Below are positions 58,453 to 64,000 of a DNA stretch of 64,000 nt, piece after piece. The notes below the pieces were generated by a model. The model was not told the origin of the DNA. It did not search any database and worked only from the letters and a program-made list of their open reading frames with translations. Origin of the DNA: a virus (taxonomy: Duplodnaviria; Caudoviricetes); the IMG/VR virus record IMGVR_UViG_3300020050_009836, positions 19,861 through 83,860 of that record. The stretch is one strand, 5' to 3'. Numbering within the stretch: position 1 is the stretch's first letter; each line of letters opens with the position of its first letter. Position numbers and translations under genes: made by a program.

Positions 58453-58929
58453 CTACTCAAACGCTGGCGTCTTGTACAACTCGTTGATTCGCATCCACCA
58501 GTCAAGGACTCGGAACGTCCACCACTGAGGGTCACAGATAGCCTTGAGGTCATCTGGCGCCTTGGTGCTGAAGTTGATTTGAGCCTTACGGGCTAGTAGG
58601 CTGCCTTCTTCAAGTTGGCTGTCGTGCACCGTGTTGTAGAACGCATTACGAAGGCTATCCTCTGAGTATGCGACGTCTACTAGCATCTGGCTGGCTACCG
58701 CGTAGTCGGTGACTCCAGAGTCCTTCTCAAGGGCGTCTACAGCCGTGTTGAACAGCTTCTGACCTAACTTGTGCATGTCAAACAAGACATCCTTGTTGGT
58801 TGCACCATCGATAAAGATTCCCTTGAGTGCGAGATAACTCAGCATTTCAAAGGCGTCGCTTTCGAAGGCGGCGAGCTCTGGATTTTCCATAGCCCATCTG
58901 AGTCGTGCATGCTTTTCTTGATTCGTCAT
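58453..58929 (-). CDS. hypothetical protein
   Basis: SD GGAGG; second gene of a cassette. Confidence 0.8.
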   Translation of the reverse strand: MTNQEKHARLRWAMENPELAAFESDAFEMLSYLALKGIFIDGATNKDVLFDMHKLGQKLFNTAVDALEKDSGVTDYAVASQMLVDVAYSEDSLRNAFYNTVHDSQLEEGSLLARKAQINFSTKAPDDLKAICDPQWWTFRVLDWWMRINELYKTPAFE

Positions 58930-59202
58930 TTAATTTTCCTCCTCCGAGATATTGATTGTTGCTACGAGTTCATTGAACTCCCAAGCGGGTGAACCCTTGG
59001 ATGCAACGTGGATACCGTTGCGGATGATAACGAACTCGATATCGTCATCTGACTCAAACCAAGAGTAGAACGCATCCTTGAACTCAATGAGTGAGTAGAA
59101 GTCTGGATTGTGTTGACCGTCAGAGATTCGCATCTGCTGTCCGAGTGCCCGCACGTGATTGTTCATCAAGCGGAGCGTGTCTAAGAGTTGATATTTGTTC
59201 AT
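58930..59202 (-). CDS. cassette protein, GGGAAGGGAACC leader
   Basis: Complete 5' module. Confidence 0.8.
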   Translation of the reverse strand: MNKYQLLDTLRLMNNHVRALGQQMRISDGQHNPDFYSLIEFKDAFYSWFESDDDIEFVIIRNGIHVASKGSPAWEFNELVATINISEEEN

Positions 59203-59263
59203 TGTGGTTCCCTTCCCTACACTACTATCTTACACTATACATGACAGTATGTCAACAACTATT

Positions 59264-59494
59264 TCAACTATTTTCCAGCACACGGAACATGATTTCTCCG
59301 TCCCATCCGTCGTGGAAAACGATTGTCAAGTCGTCTTCGTCTGGCGCACAGACGATATTGTCAACGTCACCGCCGACGTAGTTCCTCATCCAGAACTGTG
59401 CAAAGCGTGTCAGGCGCTCAGCATCCATACCCTCAGTGCGAGAGGTCAGTACCTCTGTCTCAATGTCCGTTCCCGATACTTCAACTTTTGTCAT
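59264..59494 (-). CDS. cassette protein, AAGGGAACC leader
   Basis: Own promoter. Confidence 0.8.
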   Translation of the reverse strand: MTKVEVSGTDIETEVLTSRTEGMDAERLTRFAQFWMRNYVGGDVDNIVCAPDEDDLTIVFHDGWDGEIMFRVLENS

Positions 59495-59550
59495 CGTGGT
59501 TCCCTTTCCTACACAACTATGTTACACTATACATCACACTTTGTCAAGTA

Positions 59551-59817
59551 CTATTTTAGAATAAATGTGACCTCAATAAGTTGAGGCACAGTCATCTCCC
59601 AGAGCATCCGCCCCTTGACGGTGTAGGAGCCATCCTTGACGGTGATACCGTCGAACTGGTACCCCTTGACGCTTGACGTGTATAGCAAGCTGCGGACGCT
59701 GTATACATCCACGAAATGCTTGATGTCGATAAGACTTTGTGGCGTCGAAGTCTTGAAGTTGATGATTTCGTACCGTGAGCGGTCTCTTGGTAGGTTGTCC
59801 AGTATCTTTGCACTCAT
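59551..59817 (-). CDS. cassette protein with a ~145-nt structured leader
   Basis: Promoter TTGACA-17-TAACAT at 59969-59997. Confidence 0.75.
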   Translation of the reverse strand: MSAKILDNLPRDRSRYEIINFKTSTPQSLIDIKHFVDVYSVRSLLYTSSVKGYQFDGITVKDGSYTVKGRMLWEMTVPQLIEVTFILK

Positions 59818-60204
59818 GTCGTTTCCCCTTGGATAAACTTACGGGAGAAAGGTTGTGTCAGTCTCCCATAAGGTTCGCATAAGAGATTGTGGATTTAACC
59901 ACTCCAAGGTTGCTACCCTTATTTGAACAACACAACTTGTTCTAGCCGTTCTGGTCTCTTACACCACTATGTTACACCATACATGCTACTTTGTCAACAA
60001 GTATTTCAACTATTTTCAAAGATGCTAGCTGGACTCTTACAGGAGGTGACTGTCAGTCACGTGAACAGTTGTTTGTTGCATAATCAACAATGTGACTTTC
60101 CGTCACACATGAAAAAAGGAGCCTCACGGCTCCCTATAAATATATGCACAATGCAGGTGCGAAAACTCCGCACCCCCCCCAGCGTGGAGGGAGCCTTACC
60201 CAGA

Positions 60205-60456
60205 CTATGGCTTGTAGTCTGGGTAGATGATGAGGTTGTACATCCCGTTGCGGCTATCAGAGTAGTACTGAAGTACATACCCAGCATCATGAAAGAATGT
60301 CAAAGCCGTCTCACGGGAAATGTCAATGTGATGATGACTCTCAGTGACACCGTTCGGCACAGCGAGCCTAACCATCAGGTCGTTCTCAACGATGAAGCGG
60401 TAGGCCTTGTGCCCGTAGAAGTACTCAATCTTGTGTGGGGTTGTAGTGTTTTCCAT
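60205..60456 (-). CDS. leaderless MENTT protein
   Basis: TTGACA-17-TATAGT-6 nt-ATG; start revised. Confidence 0.85.
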   Translation of the reverse strand: MENTTTPHKIEYFYGHKAYRFIVENDLMVRLAVPNGVTESHHHIDISRETALTFFHDAGYVLQYYSDSRNGMYNLIIYPDYKP

Positions 60457-60664
60457 GTACTCACTATACATCCTTACTGGTACTTTGTCAAGTACATTTG
60501 TAAATATATTCAGTAAGCAGCTTGGGAGTTTTACAGGAGGTGACTCTGGGTCACGTTACCAGCAGTCATCAGCCTTCTGTTGTTTGTTTATTTAATTGAA
60601 CAAGTGTTTTATTATTTGCACAATGCAGGTGCGGAATCTTGGCACCCCCCAGAAATGGAGGAGT

Positions 60665-60744
60665 AAAAAGGTGGACGGAAAACACTACTAAACCGTCCAC
60701 CAACCTAGGCTGGGAATGGGAAGGGGAAGGGAACCATCCTAGGC
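60665..60744 (-). ncRNA. candidate ~80-nt antisense small RNA
   Basis: Own promoter, no ORF, two hairpins and a U5 terminator; carries GGUUCCCUUCC and UAGUAGUGUUUUCC. Confidence 0.8.
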
Positions 60745-60750
60745 ATACTA

Positions 60751-60779
60751 AGTATAGCCATTCCCCACTCCCATGTCAA
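60751..60779 (-). promoter_or_regulatory. promoter of the candidate sRNA
   Basis: TTGACA-17-TATACT. Confidence 0.85.
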
Positions 60780-60985
60780 GCGCGCCTAGGCTTCCGTAAG
60801 CTCTTGTTAGGAGCTGCATAATCGTGTGAGGCGTCGTAAGAGTCAAGGAAGGATTCTATGAACTCATTCCTAAGGCTGCCATACACGCACTTCTCACCCT
60901 TGAAAACAAGGATTACTGGGTTCAGTGAGTTCAGCTCACTCACGATGGTAAGTCCAAGTGAGTGAGCCTTCTTCTCGGTTGTCAT
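60776..60985 (-). CDS. hypothetical protein
   Basis: ATGA coupling. Confidence 0.65.
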   Translation of the reverse strand: MTTEKKAHSLGLTIVSELNSLNPVILVFKGEKCVYGSLRNEFIESFLDSYDASHDYAAPNKSLRKPRRA

Positions 60986-61293
60986 TCTTTGACCTTTGGC
61001 GGGAAGTCGATTTGGATGGATATATCACGATGAGTGAAGTTCATCTCGTCGTAATCATCATACTCCCACAACTGACGGTGCGTTGCGTTGTCGCTGGTGA
61101 GCAACTTCAAGAAGTCGTCACGCATGATGTTACGCATCTCGTTGATGACCCACTCGTGATACTCACCGTGAGTAGCCTTCACCATAAAGTGCACCTTCAG
61201 AATGTTGCAGTGCTCCGGCTTGTGGTAGTGCTCGAAGATTTTCACTGCGTCGTCCTTCTTCAGCTTCGTCAATTTGACTTTAGTGTTTCCCAT
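60982..61293 (-). CDS. leaderless MGNT protein
   Basis: TTGACA-17-TATAGT-6 nt-ATG; start revised. Confidence 0.8.
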   Translation of the reverse strand: MGNTKVKLTKLKKDDAVKIFEHYHKPEHCNILKVHFMVKATHGEYHEWVINEMRNIMRDDFLKLLTSDNATHRQLWEYDDYDEMNFTHRDISIQIDFPPKVKE

Positions 61294-61572
61294 GTGTTCA
61301 CTATACATGGTACTAGGTAGTTTGTCAAGAACTTTGTGTAAATACTTTTCAAGAGCTGGAGGTCTTACAGGATGTGACGCTCAGTCACCATGATGACGCT
61401 CAGTCACGTAGTGGAGTACAGATTACGTTTCAGGCTCCACAAACTGTATGCCCATTGCAGGTGCGAAAACTTGCACCCCCCCCGCTGGCTGTTTAAACGC
61501 TAAATAATGGCATTTACGAAAATGGACGGAATTATAAGCAATTCCGTCCAAATGTAACCGTTTTTGTTGTTT

Positions 61573-61911
61573 TTAGTCAACATCTAATGGTTTTTCGACC
61601 ATTTTGTCCTTTAATTGACCAAAAAGTAGTGTGTCTGGGTCTGCTTCAGCCTCTGATTTAGCATCCTTCAAACCTAGTAGGATTTTCAAGGCATCGTTCC
61701 AGCCAACACTTACGAATGTGTCCTCCTCAGTCCAGTGGAGGATTTGGTTGTCTTCAAAGCGGAAACTCTCCTCCCAGCCGTCAGCGACGATAAAGGTAAC
61801 GAGTGTGCCACTAACAGTGAACTCTTTTATCTGCCCCGCACAGGCTAACTGATGCACAAGGAGCAAACCCTTCTCCTTAATCATGCTGTCGATGTATTCT
61901 TCGTACGTCAC
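61573..61911 (-). CDS. hypothetical protein
   Basis: GTG start overlaps the TGA of the 29-aa MENT ORF; terminator at 61519-61550. Confidence 0.75.
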   Translation of the reverse strand: MTYEEYIDSMIKEKGLLLVHQLACAGQIKEFTVSGTLVTFIVADGWEESFRFEDNQILHWTEEDTFVSVGWNDALKILLGLKDAKSEAEADPDTLLFGQLKDKMVEKPLDVD

Positions 61912-61997
61912 TTTACAATGACCCCCTTCTGAACGAACTCAATGAGGAACCGTTGCGCCCACTCTTCTGCTGTAAGACCGTCTATAGTGTTTTCCAT
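61908..61997 (-). CDS. 29-aa leaderless MENT peptide
   Basis: TTGACA-17-TATAGT-6 nt-ATG; MENTIDGLTAEEWAQRFLIEFVQKGVIVK. Confidence 0.7.
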   Translation of the reverse strand: MENTIDGLTAEEWAQRFLIEFVQKGVIVK

Positions 61998-62040
61998 GTA
62001 TTCACTATACATGAAGAACTACTGTTTGTCAACTAATTAC

Positions 62041-63033
62041 CTATGTATTTTCATCTTCGGCCAGCATGTATACGTCAGCCTTGTTAACTTTGTTTTTCAC
62101 TAGTAGGTTATTGGCGACAGCATCTTCAAGGGCTTGCTGTAACTGCGCTGTACCAAGTTTCGTGGCTTCCAGTATGTCTTTACGGGACATAGGTAACTCA
62201 GACTCTCGCATAGCCTCCATGACGCGCTTGACGCCTACTGAGTGGTCTTTCTTGCGTTCAGCCATAACGATTCGTCCGTTGTCATATCTACAGTAGAACT
62301 TATGACCAGTACCCCCATAGCGCGTCTTAGTTGCATCGACACTGATTAGGTTACGGCTAGACTCCTTCATCTTTATCTCAGCGTCTACAACTGCCGTAAT
62401 CGAAGATGCTCCACGTGTAGTGGTTCCATAGCCGTACTCAGCCTTTGAAACGTGATGCGTCATGACGGTTGTGATGCCCTTCTTAGGAAGCATCTTTATA
62501 CCCATCAAGATGTCGCTCATCTGACCGTTGTCGTTTTCATTGGCGTGTGGAAACGCAGCTGAGAGTGTGTCTATGAAAACAACACCAATCTCTTTGTCTT
62601 GACAGAACTGTATGAGGTTATTGATGACAGACGTCTTCGTCAGGTCATACATGTCATACCTAGTCTCTCCGTCTATCTCGACCATGATGTCACCCTGAAT
62701 CATCGGTATAGGACAATCAGGTGCGTGACGTATGTTGTAAGCCGTATGCTGCCTAACACTCATGTCGTACTGGATGAATACGCACTTAGACTTGTAGTCA
62801 ACATTCATACCGAAGAAAGGCTCACCAGTAGTAATGCTTTTTGCCATCATGAAACACAGTGACGTCTTACCGAGTCCGGAAGCTGCCGTCAGTAGTGTTA
62901 GTGTGTCTCGCTCCAAAAAGCCATTAATTAAAAACTCTGGCTCCGGAGGCATTGTCATGTCGGGATAGACCATACGTGATTCCGTGTACTCTGTCGAAAA
63001 CCGCTTTACTGGCTCGGTTGCTACTGTTGTCAT
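62041..63033 (-). CDS. RepA/AAA_25-like helicase with C-terminal wHTH
   Basis: Walker A AASGLGKT, Walker B VFIDTLS, HHVSK and RGASSI; leaderless promoter TTGCGC-17-TAATCT-6 nt-ATG. Confidence 0.85.
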   Translation of the reverse strand: MTTVATEPVKRFSTEYTESRMVYPDMTMPPEPEFLINGFLERDTLTLLTAASGLGKTSLCFMMAKSITTGEPFFGMNVDYKSKCVFIQYDMSVRQHTAYNIRHAPDCPIPMIQGDIMVEIDGETRYDMYDLTKTSVINNLIQFCQDKEIGVVFIDTLSAAFPHANENDNGQMSDILMGIKMLPKKGITTVMTHHVSKAEYGYGTTTRGASSITAVVDAEIKMKESSRNLISVDATKTRYGGTGHKFYCRYDNGRIVMAERKKDHSVGVKRVMEAMRESELPMSRKDILEATKLGTAQLQQALEDAVANNLLVKNKVNKADVYMLAEDENT

Positions 63034-64000
63034 GAGCCGAGATTATCATTACTGGAAAAGGAGCGCAATAGGCTAAATCATCGTTACTAGAATTTCTATA
63101 TATATATAAAATAGTAACAACGATGGAGACCCTAATTTCAAAAAGGTTTCCCCTTATAATAACCCCTTCCAAAAACTCAGGAAGGCTTCGCCACCTTCCT
63201 TTGTTCCACTCCGTGGTTTCCATAGGTTGGTGACTAATAGTAACCACAAACAACCAAGACGTTTGGATTCTTACAGGATAGTAGTTGCATAATCAACTGT
63301 TGCTAAATCAACAACGTGACTACTAGTCACATACCCCTAAACAGCAAGTAGCCCCTACGTAGTATTTGCACAATGCAGGCGCAAAAACTTGGCACCCCCC
63401 CCAGCCCCCTGACTCAACGTAATGCTCTGCACACCCTAACTGAGTCAGTTGTTTGTTTATATTATTCTCATCATTCAATGGAATCTCTCTAAACCACTAA
63501 CAACAAAAAGTGGCTGATGAGTCAGTGCTGGTGGCAACCGTTACCTCTGAGGAACGCAAAGGTAAAAGACTAGCACTAGTCCATCAACCACTCTCCTAAT
63601 GAGCACCACTGAGAAGTCGCTTATACCACCAGTGGTAAGTCAACAGTACAAGTCGTGCATCCTTGCCTTGTCAACCCTCACTTGTATTATAGCATAATAA
63701 GTGTACAGTAGCCTTTAATTATCGAATTAGTTCTTGAAGAATCTGGTGATTATGACAGGATGTGTGACCTCTAGTCACGTCACAGGCACCACGGGTTCGT
63801 AACAAAAGCCAGTTAGGTGTGAAGTTTTGTTAAGGCACGTATGTAAGACACGAAATACGTCCAAAACAGGAGAAATGGTGGTGGAAAGGGGTTGCGTATG
63901 GGTGAGAGCAGTGGTAGAATGAGAAAAATATCGTCTGCGCCCCCACACCTCCACATTCTCCAAATTACCCCAAAACCCTTAAACACTACCTCTCCCTCCC

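Larger units (their letters stand above)
41283..63790 (-). repeat. array of about 40 promoter-ORF-terminator cassettes with conserved inter-cassette boxes
   Basis: Recurring unit: GTTG-N6-CAAC and CAGG-N20-CCTG boxes, AAAATAGTT, TTGACA-16/17-TAnnAT, small ORF, then a hairpin (usually GAAA loop) plus U-tract; more than 30 terminators counted by eye. Confidence 0.92.

Noticed and set aside
60665-60744. sRNA locus as a relic inverted cassette
   Set aside because: The two motifs are in the wrong order for a cassette, lack an ATG, and each lies in a hairpin between a cognate promoter and terminator.
62924-63253. 109-aa minus-strand ORF upstream of the helicase
   Set aside because: It overlaps the helicase promoter and start, crosses a low-complexity AT tract and has no initiation signal.
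63514-63580. Hammerhead ribozyme (CTGATGA on the plus strand)
   Set aside because: There is no matching GAAA core after stem II, and the U-tract favours a minus-strand hairpin.
41283-63790. CRISPR array or classical integron
   Set aside because: There are no identical direct repeats with unique spacers and no cas or integrase gene in the window. The boxes lack the attC RYYYAAC..GTTRRRY layout.

Overview
The window is a continuous piece of a dsDNA bacteriophage genome with an HK97-fold head. I see no host housekeeping genes, integrase, CRISPR or reverse transcriptase. It has four blocks. (1) 1-19.7 kb, minus strand: portal, MuF-like protein, protease/scaffold, major capsid, head completion and three membrane/holin-like genes, followed directly by at least 6 paralogous beta-helix receptor-binding-like proteins that start M(A/P)TYYV. 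(2) 19.8-31.8 kb: ParB-like, terS, terL, thermonuclease, ThyX, VRR-NUC, SSAP, SSB, MT-A70 methylase and YqaJ exonuclease. (3) 32-41.3 kb, plus strand: small genes including about 13-15 DUF2829/Tad2-like paralogues, a tRNA(CAT), DUF3307 and two XRE regulators. (4) 41.3-63.8 kb, minus strand: about 50 small genes, mostly in self-contained cassettes (own sigma70 promoter, small ORF, own terminator) separated by conserved DNA boxes (CAGG-N20-CCTG, GTTG-N6-CAAC, GTGAC-N5-GTCAC). Most cassette mRNAs use one of two conserved translation-initiation sequences: leaderless AUGGAAAACACUAC (MENTT) or the leader AGGGAACC. The headline observation is an ~80-nt ORF-less transcription unit inside the array (60665-60744, with its own promoter and terminator) whose two hairpins carry sequences complementary to exactly these two motifs. 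It is a candidate master antisense RNA for the whole cassette regulon. All family assignments come from motif recognition by eye; no database search was run.
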